A stretch of DNA of 64,000 nt from contig JBFLYH010000002.1 of NCBI GenBank assembly GCA_040756875.1, forward strand, positions 32,001-96,000, written 5' to 3'. The translations under genes were made by a program, and so were the position numbers. Below the pieces are notes generated by a model. The model was not told the origin of the DNA. It made no database searches and saw only the letters and a list, made by a program, of their open reading frames with translations. Shown piece after piece: positions 1 to 9,934 of this stretch; the stretch's first letter is position 1; every line of letters begins with the position of its first letter. Origin of the DNA: a candidate division FCPU426 bacterium (lineage in GTDB: Bacteria; Oederibacteriota; JAAXVQ01; JAUVAV01).

Positions 1-770
1 AGTTTTTGCTGGCTCTCGCCCAAGCCGCGCCCCCACAACCCGCCGCTGCCCAGGGCCAGGAACGACTGGATCACCTGGAAGCCCTTGCCCAGCGGCTCCT
101 GCCAGGGATTGAAGAAGGCGTCCAGCCGCCGGCGGCGGTAGTCCACCTGGAACACCAGGTAAAAAACCACGGGCAGCGCCGCCAGCAGCAGGGTGAGCAA
201 ATGGGTGAAACGCACGCCCGCCGCATACATCAGGGCCAGGCTGACGGCCAGCAGGATCACCGCGGTCCCCAAATCCGGCTGGAGCAGCAGCAAGCCCGCG
301 AATCCGGCCACCACCAGCAGGGGCGGCAGGAAGCCCTCGGTCCAGGATTCGAGTTTGCCTTCTTTACGCGCCAGCGCGTCGGCCAAATACACCACGATCG
401 CGACCTTGAGCAGCTCCGCCGGCTGGAAGGACAGCGGGCCCAGCGCCAGCCAGCGGCGGGCGCCGCCCGCGGTTTTCCCCATCGGGAAAAACAGCACAGC
501 CAGCAGGCACAGCCCGCAGGCGAGCAGGACCGGCTTGGCCCAGGGACGCAGCCGCGGATAAGGATATTGGGCCAGCACCCACAGGGCGCCGAACCCCAGC
601 AGCGCCCAGACCAGCTGGCGCTTGATGAAATAATAGAAGTCGCCGTAGGTCTTCATGGCCAGGATGCTGGAGGCCGAATACACCATGATCAGGCCGAACC
701 CCACCAGCACCGTGGTCACCGCGAGCAAAGTGATGTCCACATTGCCCCCGGCGCCGTGGCGGACGTTCAT
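1..770 (-). CDS. ftsW: Cell division SEDS glycosyltransferase FtsW (3' end runs off the window)
   Basis: Translated by hand from ATG at 770, which overlaps the murD stop (ATGA): MNVRHGAGGNVDITLLAVTTVLVGFGLIMVYSASS...FIKRQLVW...GASRWL...FQPAELLK. These are FtsW motifs, and the gene follows murD. Confidence 0.95.
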   Translation of the reverse strand, partial: MNVRHGAGGNVDITLLAVTTVLVGFGLIMVYSASSILAMKTYGDFYYFIKRQLVWALLGFGALWVLAQYPYPRLRPWAKPVLLACGLCLLAVLFFPMGKTAGGARRWLALGPLSFQPAELLKVAIVVYLADALARKEGKLESWTEGFLPPLLVVAGFAGLLLLQPDLGTAVILLAVSLALMYAAGVRFTHLLTLLLAALPVVFYLVFQVDYRRRRLDAFFNPWQEPLGKGFQVIQSFLALGSGGLWGRGLGESQQK

Positions 771-2152
771 GAGGCCGCTCCCCTTTCTCCGGCTTCCTTT
801 TCCAGCCGCCTGACCACCGCCTTGAACACCTCGCCGCGCTCCTCGTAATTCGCGAATTGGTCGAAGCTGGCGCAGCCGGGCGAGAGCAGCACGATGTCGC
901 CCTCCCGGGCCAGGCCGGCCGCCGCGCGCACCGCCTCCTCCATGCGTTCCGCCGGGTGGACGGGCACGGTGCCCTGGACCTGCTTGGCGATCTTGTCCGC
1001 CGCCTCGCCCGTCACCACCACGGCGCGGACCCGCTGCTGGATCAGTTCCCGCAGAGCGGTAAAATCGCCGTTCTTGTCCCGGCCGCCGAGGATCAGCACC
1101 AGCGGCGCCTGGAAGCTTTGCAGCGCCTTGGACACCGCGTCCACATTGGTGCCCTTGGAGTCGTTGACGTAGCGCACGCCCCTGACCAGCGCCACGGGCT
1201 CCAGCCGGTGGGCCACGCCCCGGAACTCCCGCAGCGTCTTGGCCAGGCTCGCCGGTTTCACGCCCTGGCTGAGGGCCAGGGCCGCGGCCGCCAGGGCGTT
1301 CTCCTGGTTGTGGGGGCCGGGAATGAGCAGTTCGTCGGCCAAAACCAGTTCGCCCTGGCCGAGGCCGAACAGGCGGTACTGCAGAATTCCCTTCTCGATC
1401 CAGGTGCCCTCGATTTCCGGCGGGCGCAGCCGGGAAAAGGTCAGCACCCGCGACTGCGCCTGGGTGGAAAGCAGCGGCGTGTACTTGTCGTCGGCGTTGA
1501 GCACCAGGAAATCATGCGGTTCCTGGTTGCGCATGATGCGCGCCTTGGCTTCCACGTACGCCTGCATGTGCGGGTACCGGTCCAGATGGTCCGGCGTGAT
1601 GTTCAGGATGGCCGCGGCCTGCGGCCTGAAGGTCTGAATGGTCTCGAGCTGGAAACTTGAGACTTCCAGAACGATGACCCCGTTTTCCGGCGCCTCGCCG
1701 GCCACCTGGCACAGCGGCAGGCCCACGTTGCCGGCCAGGATCGTCGGGAACCCCGCGTCTGCGAAGATCTTGGCCAGCAGGTTGACCGTGGTGGTCTTGC
1801 CGTTGGTGCCGGTCACCGCGACGATCCGGCCCCGGCAAAACCGGTAGCCCAGCTCCATTTCCGAAATCACGGGGATCTGCAGCTCCTGGGCCTCCTTCAG
1901 CAGCGGCACCGTAAGCGGCACGCCCGGCGACAGCACGATCAGTTCCGCCTCCTTGACGCTGTCCGGATGGTGGCCGCCGGTCTCCACGGCCGCCCCCAGG
2001 CTCCGGAGCTTCTCCGCGGCGCCGGCCAGCGCTTCGGCCGGTTTCTGATCCGTCACCGTGACGCGAGCGCCCTCGCGCACGAGCAACGCCGCGGCCGCGA
2101 GGCCGCTGCGCGCCATGCCCACCACCAAGACCCGTTTCCCTTTCACGTCCAC
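767..2152 (-). CDS. murD: UDP-MurNAc-L-Ala--D-glutamate ligase
   Basis: GMARSG, SPG, GTNGKTTT, EVSSFQL, NITPDHLDR, NDSKGTN, LLSPGCASFDQF motifs. Confidence 0.97.
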   Translation of the reverse strand: MDVKGKRVLVVGMARSGLAAAALLVREGARVTVTDQKPAEALAGAAEKLRSLGAAVETGGHHPDSVKEAELIVLSPGVPLTVPLLKEAQELQIPVISEMELGYRFCRGRIVAVTGTNGKTTTVNLLAKIFADAGFPTILAGNVGLPLCQVAGEAPENGVIVLEVSSFQLETIQTFRPQAAAILNITPDHLDRYPHMQAYVEAKARIMRNQEPHDFLVLNADDKYTPLLSTQAQSRVLTFSRLRPPEIEGTWIEKGILQYRLFGLGQGELVLADELLIPGPHNQENALAAAALALSQGVKPASLAKTLREFRGVAHRLEPVALVRGVRYVNDSKGTNVDAVSKALQSFQAPLVLILGGRDKNGDFTALRELIQQRVRAVVVTGEAADKIAKQVQGTVPVHPAERMEEAVRAAAGLAREGDIVLLSPGCASFDQFANYEERGEVFKAVVRRLEKEAGERGAAS

Positions 2153-2190
2153 TTCGCTTCTCCTTGACCCGTTGATCCGCTTGCGTTTCC

Positions 2191-3276
2191 CTACCTGACT
2201 TTAAGCGTGCTGAGGGTGATGACCGCCAGCATGATGGCCACGATCCAAAAGCGCGTGATGATCTTCGGCTCGGACCAGCCCGCAAGCTCGAAATGATGGT
2301 GCAAGGGCGCCATGCGGAACACCCGTTTTTTCGTCAGCTTGAACACCGTCACCTGGATCACGACCGACATCAATTCGGCCACGAATACGCCGCCCACGAC
2401 CAGGAGCAGCAATTCCTGCTTGATCAGGACCGCCAGGGTGCCCAGCATCCCGCCCAGGGAGAGGGACCCCGTGTCGCCCATGAACACCTCGGCCGGGTGG
2501 GCGTTAAACCAGAGAAACCCCAGGGCCGCGCCCACCATCGCGCTGCCCACCACGGTCAGCTCCCCGCCGGCGGGGATGAAAATCACCTTCAGGTAGCTGG
2601 CGAACTTGGCGTTGGCCACGACGTAACTCATCACGCTGAACGTGCCGGCCACCAGGGCCAGGGAGCCGATGGCCAGCCCGTCAAGCCCGTCGGTCAGGTT
2701 GACCCCGTTGCTCGATCCGGTGATGATCAGCATGCCGAAGAGAAAATACAGCCAGACCGGCAGGCACACCGGGTGCGACACGAACGGGACGTTCAGGCAG
2801 GCGGCATGGGGCCACAGCTGTCCGTCCCGCATGATCCAGAGCATGATCAGCGCGCTGCCCGCGAGCTGAAGGACCAGTTTGGCCCGGGCGAACAGCCCCT
2901 TGGACTGCCGCCGCCGGGTCTTGATCACATCGTCCAGCATCCCCACCAGGCCGAACCACAGCAGCGAAAAGGTCAGGATGCCGATGCCCGACTGCTCCCA
3001 GCGCGCCCAGAGCAGCAGGCTGCTCAGGATGGCGGCCAGAATGATCAGGCCGCCCATGGTCGGCGTGCCGGCCTTCTGCTGGTGCCGGTCCGGGCCTTCT
3101 TCGCGGATGTTCTGGCCGATGCCGCGCCGCCTGAGCCAGCGGATGACCGGCGGGCCGATGAACAGGCACACGGCAAAGGCCGTAAGCGCAGCGTACACCG
3201 AACGGAACGTGATGTACCTGAACAGGTTGAACGCGGTCCAGGTCTCGGCCAGCGGGTACAGCAGGTAATACAGCAC
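2191..3276 (-). CDS. mraY: Phospho-MurNAc-pentapeptide transferase
   Basis: KAGTPTMGG, DD, NLTDGLDGL, FMGDTGS, MAPLHHHFE motifs. Start placed at GTG 3276 (GGGAGG RBS upstream) rather than the track's 3399. Confidence 0.96.
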   Translation of the reverse strand: MLYYLLYPLAETWTAFNLFRYITFRSVYAALTAFAVCLFIGPPVIRWLRRRGIGQNIREEGPDRHQQKAGTPTMGGLIILAAILSSLLLWARWEQSGIGILTFSLLWFGLVGMLDDVIKTRRRQSKGLFARAKLVLQLAGSALIMLWIMRDGQLWPHAACLNVPFVSHPVCLPVWLYFLFGMLIITGSSNGVNLTDGLDGLAIGSLALVAGTFSVMSYVVANAKFASYLKVIFIPAGGELTVVGSAMVGAALGFLWFNAHPAEVFMGDTGSLSLGGMLGTLAVLIKQELLLLVVGGVFVAELMSVVIQVTVFKLTKKRVFRMAPLHHHFELAGWSEPKIITRFWIVAIMLAVITLSTLKVR

Positions 3277-3325
3277 TACAGCCTCCCACGTCGGAACATT
3301 GAGGCGTCTTTCCCCTCTCGCAAGG

Positions 3326-3473
3326 GTTGAATGTTGAATGGGGGCGGCGGAGGCGTGGGCGACGTCGGCGTCGGAGGCGTCATCGGGCGTCGTCGGCAAC
3401 GGGTCGGCGTGGCACGGGCGTCGTTAGGGTGGATGACGTGGCGTCGATACGGGTCGTCCATTCAACATTCAAC
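3326..3473. repeat. Intergenic element bounded by 16-bp perfect inverted repeats, with degenerate GGCGTC repeats inside
   Basis: GTTGAATGTTGAATGG at 3326-3341 and CCATTCAACATTCAAC at 3458-3473. Confidence 0.85.
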
Positions 3474-3489
3474 GCTTACGAGAGTGCGA

Positions 3490-4866
3490 TCACCGCCTTA
3501 ACCAGCGTTTCATTTCTTCCACCACCGCCTCCAGCCCGATGCGGCGCGACCCTTTGATTAAAATCAGGTCGCCCTGCACGGACAGGCGGAGTTTGAGCCA
3601 GGCAAACACTTCCTCGGCCGAATCCACCTTGGCGATCCATTCCATGCCCCCGGCCTGGCGCGCGCCCACGGCGATGCCGCGGGCCTCCTCGCCGACCGTG
3701 ATCAGGCCCTGCACGCCGGCCTGGGCCGCCAACCGGCCCAGGGCGTGGTGCGCCGGCGCGGACTGGGCGCCGAGTTCCAGCATGCTGCCGGCCACGAAGA
3801 ACTTGCGTCCGGGCGAAGGCAGCTCGGCCAGCAGCTCCAGGGCCTTGGCGGCGGACTGGGGATTGCTGTTGTAGGCATCGTTCAGCACGCGGTGCTGCCC
3901 GACGCGCAGCAATTCCAGGCGCATGGGCGTCTTCTGGTGAAACCCTTCCAGCGCGCGGCACGCCGTCTTGAAAGGCTGGCCCAGGGCCACGGCGCCCGCC
4001 ACCGCGGCCGCCGCGTTCCAAGCCTGGTGGGCGCCGAGCACCCCCAGGCGCACGGATTGCTTCTCGCCCTCGTACGCCAGTATAAAGTGCGTGCCCGAAA
4101 GCCGCACCGCCACTTCCCCGATCCGGAGGTGCGCCTGCGGCGATTGCCCGAAAGTGATCACGTGCTTGCGCCCGCGCGCCGCCTTGGCCAAATGGGGGTC
4201 GTCCGCATTCAAAACGGCGATGCCGTCGGCCGGAAGCTCGGCCAGCAGTTCGAGCTTGGCCGTGACCAGCGCCTGTTTGCTGCGGAAACGGCCCAGGTGC
4301 GCGTCGCCGATATTGGTGATGATGCCCACCAGGGGCCGGGCCAGGCGGGCCAGGCGCCGGATTTCGCCGGGGGCGTTCATGCCCATTTCCACCACGCCCA
4401 GTTTCAGCTTTGAAGTGAGGCGCAGCAGGGTCAGGGGCAGTCCCAGGTCGTTGTTATTGTTGCCGCGGCTTTCCAGGATGCTCTCGCGCCGGCCCAGGAT
4501 GACGGCCAGCATTTCCTTGGTCGCGGTTTTGCCGCTGCTGCCCGTGACCGCCGCCAGGCGCAAACCCGGGAACTGCTGGCGGTAAGCGCCGGCCAAGTCG
4601 CCCAGGGCTTTGCGGCTGTCGGAGACCAGCACCTGCGGCAGGTTCGGCAGCGGACGTTCGCACAGCACGGCGCCGGCGCCGGATGAAACCGCCAGGCCGG
4701 CATAGTCCTGGCCGTCCACCCGTTCCCCGCGCAGGGCCACGAACAACTGGCCCGGCAGGATTTGGCGCGAATCGATCGAGACGCCTGAAATTTTCCGGCT
4801 GCGGGGCGCGTGCAGCAGCTGGCCGCTGACCGCGTTGACCACCTTGCCCAGCGTCATGTCCTCCAT
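3490..4866 (-). CDS. murF: UDP-MurNAc-tripeptide--D-Ala-D-Ala ligase
   Basis: IDSR, VTGSSGKT, GNNNNDLG, EMGMN, NDAYNSNP, MLELG, KGSR motifs. Start at ATG 4866, or at 4857 overlapping the murE stop. Confidence 0.96.
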   Translation of the reverse strand: MEDMTLGKVVNAVSGQLLHAPRSRKISGVSIDSRQILPGQLFVALRGERVDGQDYAGLAVSSGAGAVLCERPLPNLPQVLVSDSRKALGDLAGAYRQQFPGLRLAAVTGSSGKTATKEMLAVILGRRESILESRGNNNNDLGLPLTLLRLTSKLKLGVVEMGMNAPGEIRRLARLARPLVGIITNIGDAHLGRFRSKQALVTAKLELLAELPADGIAVLNADDPHLAKAARGRKHVITFGQSPQAHLRIGEVAVRLSGTHFILAYEGEKQSVRLGVLGAHQAWNAAAAVAGAVALGQPFKTACRALEGFHQKTPMRLELLRVGQHRVLNDAYNSNPQSAAKALELLAELPSPGRKFFVAGSMLELGAQSAPAHHALGRLAAQAGVQGLITVGEEARGIAVGARQAGGMEWIAKVDSAEEVFAWLKLRLSVQGDLILIKGSRRIGLEAVVEEMKRWLRR

Positions 4867-6362
4867 CCGCCCCTCCGTTTCCTTTGGGCCAGCCAGGCGG
4901 CGGCCACGGCCCGGTCGTCGAACGGCAGCGTCCGGCCACCCACCAGCTGGTACGTCTCGTGCCCTTTGCCCGCCAGGAGCACCGTATCGCCCCGGCGCGC
5001 GGCGGACAGCGCCAGGCCGATGGCGCGCTTGCGGTCCGGCTCCACCGTGCATTTCGCCCGGCGGCAGCCTTCCAGAATCTGACCGATGATTTTGCCCGGC
5101 GCTTCCCGCCGGGGATTGTCCGTGGTCACCACCACGTGGTCCGCCAGCCGCGACGCGATCTCGCCCATGGGCGCCCGCTTGCCGGCGTCCCGGTCGCCGC
5201 CGCAGCCGAAAACCACGAACAGGCGGCCGGGCGTGAACTCACGCGCCGCGGTCAGGATTTTTTCCAGCGCATCGGGCGTGTGGGCGTAATCCACCAGCAC
5301 CTGAAACGGCTGGGGCCCGGGAACGCGCTGCATGCGGCCCGGCACGCCGGCCACGGCCGCAAGCCCCTGCTGGACGGCCGCCGGCTTCGATCCCAGGCAC
5401 AAAGCCGCCGCAGCCGCGGCCAGGGCGTTCTGCACGTTGTGCCGGCCGGGCAGGCGGAGTTCGATGCGCGCGGAGCCGAAAGGCGTGCGCAGAAAAAAGC
5501 TGCTCCCGGACGGCCGCAGGCGCAGGCGCTCGGCGGTCACGGCCGCGCCGCGCCCCAGGCCGTAGGTAACCACCCGGGCGCCGCGGGCCGCGCGGCCCAT
5601 GGACGGGCCACAGGGATCGTCCGCGTTGACCACGGCCCATTTGGGCCCGGGTTTGCCTCCGGGCCGCGCCAGCTGGCGGAACAGCAGCCGCTTGGCCGCC
5701 GCGTAGCGGGCCAGGGTCCGGTGGAAATCCAGGTGTTCGGAAGTCAAGTTGGTGAACACCGCCACATCGTACTCGCACTCCGCCACGCGCCCTTCCACCA
5801 GCGCATGGGAGGAGACTTCCATGACCGCGGCCGAACAGCTCCGCTCGGTCATCTCGTGCAGCAGCCGCTGCACGTCCCAGGCCATGGGCGTGGTGTTCGG
5901 CGCCGGACGGCGCTCGCCGCCCAGGTCATAGACAATGGTTCCCAGCAGGCCGACGGGCGCCGGTCCGCGTCCCAAAATGGCCTGAATGAAATACGTCGCC
6001 GTGGTCTTGCCGTTGGTGCCGGTCACGCCCACCAGGCGCAGGCGCCGGGAAGGCTGATTGTAGAAAACCGGCGCGAGCCCGGCCAGCGCACGGGCCACGT
6101 CCGGCACCAGCAGCTGGGCCGTGCGCCGGGAATCCAGCCCGGCCACGCGCCGCGAAAGCATGACGGCGCTCGCGCCCTGCTTCACGGCCGCAGCAGCAAA
6201 GCCATGGCCGTCCGTCCGGCGCCCGCGCACGCAGGCGAACAGGTCGCCCGGTTGCGCCTCCCGCGAGTCGGCCGTGAGCCGGCGGATAAAAACCGGCGGA
6301 GCGCCGAGAACCCGGGCACCCGGCGTGCTGGCCGCCAGCAATCCGAAAGGCACGCTGATCAT
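4854..6362 (-). CDS. murE: UDP-MurNAc-dipeptide--meso-DAP ligase
   Basis: GTNGKTT, MEVSSH, FTNLTSEHLDFH, DYAHTPDA, FGCGGDRD, DNPR (the DAP-type motif), AGKGHETYQ. Confidence 0.97.
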   Translation of the reverse strand: MISVPFGLLAASTPGARVLGAPPVFIRRLTADSREAQPGDLFACVRGRRTDGHGFAAAAVKQGASAVMLSRRVAGLDSRRTAQLLVPDVARALAGLAPVFYNQPSRRLRLVGVTGTNGKTTATYFIQAILGRGPAPVGLLGTIVYDLGGERRPAPNTTPMAWDVQRLLHEMTERSCSAAVMEVSSHALVEGRVAECEYDVAVFTNLTSEHLDFHRTLARYAAAKRLLFRQLARPGGKPGPKWAVVNADDPCGPSMGRAARGARVVTYGLGRGAAVTAERLRLRPSGSSFFLRTPFGSARIELRLPGRHNVQNALAAAAAALCLGSKPAAVQQGLAAVAGVPGRMQRVPGPQPFQVLVDYAHTPDALEKILTAAREFTPGRLFVVFGCGGDRDAGKRAPMGEIASRLADHVVVTTDNPRREAPGKIIGQILEGCRRAKCTVEPDRKRAIGLALSAARRGDTVLLAGKGHETYQLVGGRTLPFDDRAVAAAWLAQRKRRGGWRT

Positions 6363-8563
6363 TCGGCTTCCCTCCGGTCGCAGCTGGCGGTCTGGAGCGT
6401 GAACTTCAATTCATCGCGGCGGGCGACCCCGTCCCGGTTTGTCCTGCCGGCGGAGGCTTCCGGATCCTCGCAATGCAATGTGCAGACCTCCCCGGTGCGG
6501 ACCAGGGCCAGCGGCCGCGGTTCCTGCAGGTACACCATGCCGCTGCCCGTGACTTCGACCCGGAGTCCGTACCCGTCGAGAATGCGCAGCGCGTCCCGCA
6601 GGGAGTGGCCGGAGACCCGCGGCATCACGACCTGGGTCCGCTCGCCGGCCTGCTGCTGGTCGCCGCAATACAGCATAACCGGCGAATCCGCGTTGGTGGC
6701 AAGCCCCGCGGCCGGACGCTGGCCCAGGACTTTTTCGCCGCCGCCCACCCGCCGGGCGCGCAGGCCCGCTTTCCGCAACCGGTTCTCGGCCTCCGCGGCC
6801 GGCAAGCCGCTGCATGCCGGGACTTTCAGCGTACCACCCACCAGCGCGCCGTCCGGCGGGCAGGCCGGGGTGGCCAAGGTGTAGACCTTGCCGCTGTTCG
6901 GCGGCAGGCCCGCATACGCCACCAGCTGGCGGGTGATTTCGCGGAACACCGGGCCGGCCACCGTGCCGCCCCACTGCACGCCCCGGGGCTCGTCCATGAC
7001 GACCGTGATCAAATACTGGGGGCGTTCGGCCGGCAGGAAACCGATGAACGACGCCACGTGGTGAACCGGATCGTACCCGCCACCCCGGGCCAGGGATTTC
7101 TGGGCCGTGCCGGTTTTGCCCGCAATGCTGTAGGGCTGCAGGTCCGCCTCCACGCCCGTGCCCTCGCGCACCACGTCCGCCAGCAGGGTGCGCAGGCGGG
7201 AGGCGGTCTGGGCCGAGATCACGCGCTCCTCGGGCAGCGGCCGGTTGACGGTGGATTTCAAGTCATCCGGCCGCCGGAGTTCCTTGACGATCCACGGCCG
7301 GACGCGCAGGCCGTCATTGGCCACGGTCGCGTAGGCCGAAGCCATTTGCATGGTGGTCACGGCCACGCCCTGGCCGAAGGGAACGGACACGGCCGTCCAG
7401 CGGCGCCACTCCCGGAAGGGCCGCAGCAGTCCGGACACCTCGCCCGGCAGGTCCACCTGCGTGGGCCGTCCGAAACCGAACGCCTGCGCATAGCGGGACA
7501 ATTTCTCGGCGCCGACCTTGAGCCCGATCTTGACCGCCCCGATGTTGCTCGAGTACCTCAGGATCTCAGCCACCGTGATCCGGCCGCGGGGTTCGTGGTC
7601 CCGGACCACCAGGCCTGAAAAAACCGCATGGCCCTCCTCGCAATCGATCACGTCGCTTTCAACCACCGCCCGCTCTTCCAGGGCCGCGGCCAGGGTCACC
7701 AGCTTGAACGTGGAGCCGGGCTCGTAAATGTCGCAGATCGCCCGGTTGCGCCGGACGCCGGCCGGAAACCGCCCGAAATCGTTCGGGTCAAAATCCGGCT
7801 GGTTGGCCAGCGCCAGGATTTCCCCGGTGCGGGGATCCATGATCAGCGCCGACCCGGCCTTGGCCCCGCTGCGCTCCAGGCCCTGCGCCAGCTCCCGCTC
7901 GGCGATGTGCTGCAGCACCTTGTCCAGGGTCAGGTACACGTCCAGCCCGGGATGGGACGTCTTGTGGACGCGGGTCGTGGCCGGCAAGGCCTGACCACGC
8001 GCGTCCCGGGCGATGCGGATCCAGCCGCTCTGGCCGCGAATGTCCCGGTCCAGGCTGAGTTCGATCCCCGCCAGTCCCTGGTTGTCGAGGCCTGCGAACC
8101 CCAGCACGTGGCAGGCCAGGCGCCCCTCGGGATAGACGCGCTCGGTTTCCTTGAGCGCATGAATGCCCGGAAGCTTCAAGGCCAGCACCTGCGAGGAGAC
8201 GTTGTCCTCCACCTTGCGCTTGATCCACACGAACGCTTTGCGGCTGCGGAGGCGCTGCTCGAGCCGGGGCGCGGACACGCCCAACAGCCCGGATAAACGC
8301 GCCGCCGTCTCCCGCGGATGCTTGATTTCCGCCGGCACGGCGTAAAAGGACCGGACCTCGCGGTTCAGGGCCAGCGGCCTGCCCTGGCGGTCGAAAATCC
8401 GGCCGCGTGCGGGCTGGACCTCGATGGTCCGCTCCTGCTGCCGGAAGGCGAGCTGGGAAAGGTGCTGATGCTGGATGATCTGCAAATAAAACAGGCGCCC
8501 GGTCAGCAGCACGAACACCGCGCCGAAACCGGCCGCCAGCACCACCAGCCTGCGATTGCTCAT
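6359..8563 (-). CDS. ftsI: Class B penicillin-binding protein FtsI with two C-terminal PASTA-like domains
   Basis: N-terminal TM; RGRIFDR; R-x-YP; EPGSTFK (SxxK); SSN; KTGTAQ; two VP/MP-x-x-x-G PASTA-like repeats. Start placed at ATG 8563. Confidence 0.94.
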   Translation of the reverse strand: MSNRRLVVLAAGFGAVFVLLTGRLFYLQIIQHQHLSQLAFRQQERTIEVQPARGRIFDRQGRPLALNREVRSFYAVPAEIKHPRETAARLSGLLGVSAPRLEQRLRSRKAFVWIKRKVEDNVSSQVLALKLPGIHALKETERVYPEGRLACHVLGFAGLDNQGLAGIELSLDRDIRGQSGWIRIARDARGQALPATTRVHKTSHPGLDVYLTLDKVLQHIAERELAQGLERSGAKAGSALIMDPRTGEILALANQPDFDPNDFGRFPAGVRRNRAICDIYEPGSTFKLVTLAAALEERAVVESDVIDCEEGHAVFSGLVVRDHEPRGRITVAEILRYSSNIGAVKIGLKVGAEKLSRYAQAFGFGRPTQVDLPGEVSGLLRPFREWRRWTAVSVPFGQGVAVTTMQMASAYATVANDGLRVRPWIVKELRRPDDLKSTVNRPLPEERVISAQTASRLRTLLADVVREGTGVEADLQPYSIAGKTGTAQKSLARGGGYDPVHHVASFIGFLPAERPQYLITVVMDEPRGVQWGGTVAGPVFREITRQLVAYAGLPPNSGKVYTLATPACPPDGALVGGTLKVPACSGLPAAEAENRLRKAGLRARRVGGGEKVLGQRPAAGLATNADSPVMLYCGDQQQAGERTQVVMPRVSGHSLRDALRILDGYGLRVEVTGSGMVYLQEPRPLALVRTGEVCTLHCEDPEASAGRTNRDGVARRDELKFTLQTASCDRREAE

Positions 8564-8601
8564 GTCCGCTCGCAAATAACGCTCCTTGGCCAGGCTCGGC
8601 T

Positions 8602-9036
8602 CTAGGGCCGGGGGCCTGATGGCTTCATCCAGGCGGCCACCCGCTGCCACCAGGAAGACATGCCGCCCCTCGGGGCGGCCGGATCCACCAAAAAAACCAC
8701 CTGTTCGCTGCGCGGCGGGGCGAGCTTCAATTCCTCCCGCGCCAGCGCTTCCACGCGCTGGAGGCTGATGAGCGCGTTCCGCTGGCTGAGCAGGCGGCGG
8801 TGCTCCTCGGCCAGCTGCTGCACCTGCTGCTGGTGCTGGTTCAGCAGATACCCCAGCTTCATCACCTGCATCTGCTGCCAGGCCCGCACGAAAAACAGCC
8901 CCAGCGCCAGGGCGATCACGCCCAGGACCAGGGTCAGCCGCCGGACCGCCAGCCCGCCGCGCTGCTGCTGCTCCTGCAGGAAATAAATCGTCACGAATTC
9001 GCGGTCCAGCCGGCTGGTGAGCCTGCGCACGTTCAC
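8602..9036 (-). CDS. ftsL: Cell division protein FtsL-like
   Basis: Single TM, then a coiled coil and RVEALAREELKL; lies between rsmH and ftsI. Confidence 0.8.
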   Translation of the reverse strand: MNVRRLTSRLDREFVTIYFLQEQQQRGGLAVRRLTLVLGVIALALGLFFVRAWQQMQVMKLGYLLNQHQQQVQQLAEEHRRLLSQRNALISLQRVEALAREELKLAPPRSEQVVFLVDPAAPRGGMSSWWQRVAAWMKPSGPRP

Positions 9037-9037
9037 G

Positions 9038-9931
9038 TCAGCCCTCCCTGCGGCGCGCGGCCCGCAGGCGGGCGCTGCGGGCGCGCGGATTTTCGCGCCG
9101 CTCCGCTTCGCCGGGCCGCACCACGTGCGGCGTCAGCCGCTCCCAGCCTTCTTCCCGCAACGCCAGCTTCACAATGCGGTCCTCCAAGCTGTGAAAGCTG
9201 ATGACCACCAGCCTCCCGCCCGGTGCGATGAGGCCGCGGGCGTCGGCCATGGCTTCGCGCAGCCCTTCCAGCTCCTCGTTCACCGCCAGGCGCAGCGCCT
9301 GGAAGGCCCGCGTGGCAGGGTGGATTTTGCCCCTGCGGCCTCCGCAGGCCCGCGCGGCCAGGGCCGCGAACTCGGTGGTCAGGCGCAGCGGGCGGTGGTG
9401 GACCACCGCCTGCGCCAGCCGCCTGGACCTCGGCTCCTCGCCGAGCGTATAGAACAAATCGGCCAATTCGCGTTCTGAGGCGTGGTTGAGGATGTCGGCC
9501 GCCGTGCGCGCCTGGCGTTGATCCATGCGCATGTCCAAAGGACCGGGTTGGAGGAAGGAGAAACCGCGCGTCGCGTTGTCGAGTTGAAAGGAGGAGACGC
9601 CCAAGTCCATGATCATGCCGCGCACGGCCGGAATCCCCTGCTCCCGGATGACCCGCGGCAATTCCCTGTAATTCGCCTGCACCAGCACCAACCGCCCGCC
9701 GTATCCGGCGAGGCGTTCCGAAGCCACGGCTAGCGCGTCGCGGTCACGGTCGATTCCCAGCACCCGTCCGCCGGGCGCCACCGCTTCCAACAAGGCCGCC
9801 GTGTGCCCGCCCCCGCCCACGGTGGCATCCACCCACCACCCTTCGGGCCGCGGGTCGAGCCACTGCAGCGTTTCGGCGAGCAAAACCGACCGATGCCGCC
9901 CCGCATTCGGCCCCGGATCCGTGGGGACCAT
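9038..9931 (-). CDS. rsmH: 16S rRNA m4C1402 methyltransferase
   Basis: HRSVLL, DATVGGGGH, DLGVSSFQLD, RGFSF, PLDMRM, HPATRAFQALR, ISFHSLEDR, NPRARSARLR. Confidence 0.97.
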   Translation of the reverse strand: MVPTDPGPNAGRHRSVLLAETLQWLDPRPEGWWVDATVGGGGHTAALLEAVAPGGRVLGIDRDRDALAVASERLAGYGGRLVLVQANYRELPRVIREQGIPAVRGMIMDLGVSSFQLDNATRGFSFLQPGPLDMRMDQRQARTAADILNHASERELADLFYTLGEEPRSRRLAQAVVHHRPLRLTTEFAALAARACGGRRGKIHPATRAFQALRLAVNEELEGLREAMADARGLIAPGGRLVVISFHSLEDRIVKLALREEGWERLTPHVVRPGEAERRENPRARSARLRAARRREG

Positions 9932-9934
9932 GGT

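Noticed and set aside
6-848. 280-aa plus-strand ORF
   Set aside because: Antisense shadow of ftsW, which the track missed because its stop is outside the window.
3277-3399. N-terminal extension of mraY given by the ORF track
   Set aside because: It runs through the repeat element; a GTG with a good RBS at 3276 gives a normal-length MraY.
3342-3457. Possible CRISPR array in the GGCGTC-rich stretch
   Set aside because: Units are short and irregular, there is no repeat-spacer structure, and no cas genes are in the window.
4884-6884. 666-aa plus-strand ORF and similar ORFs across the dcw operon
   Set aside because: Antisense to well-supported mur/fts genes, with no motifs; expected in high-GC DNA.
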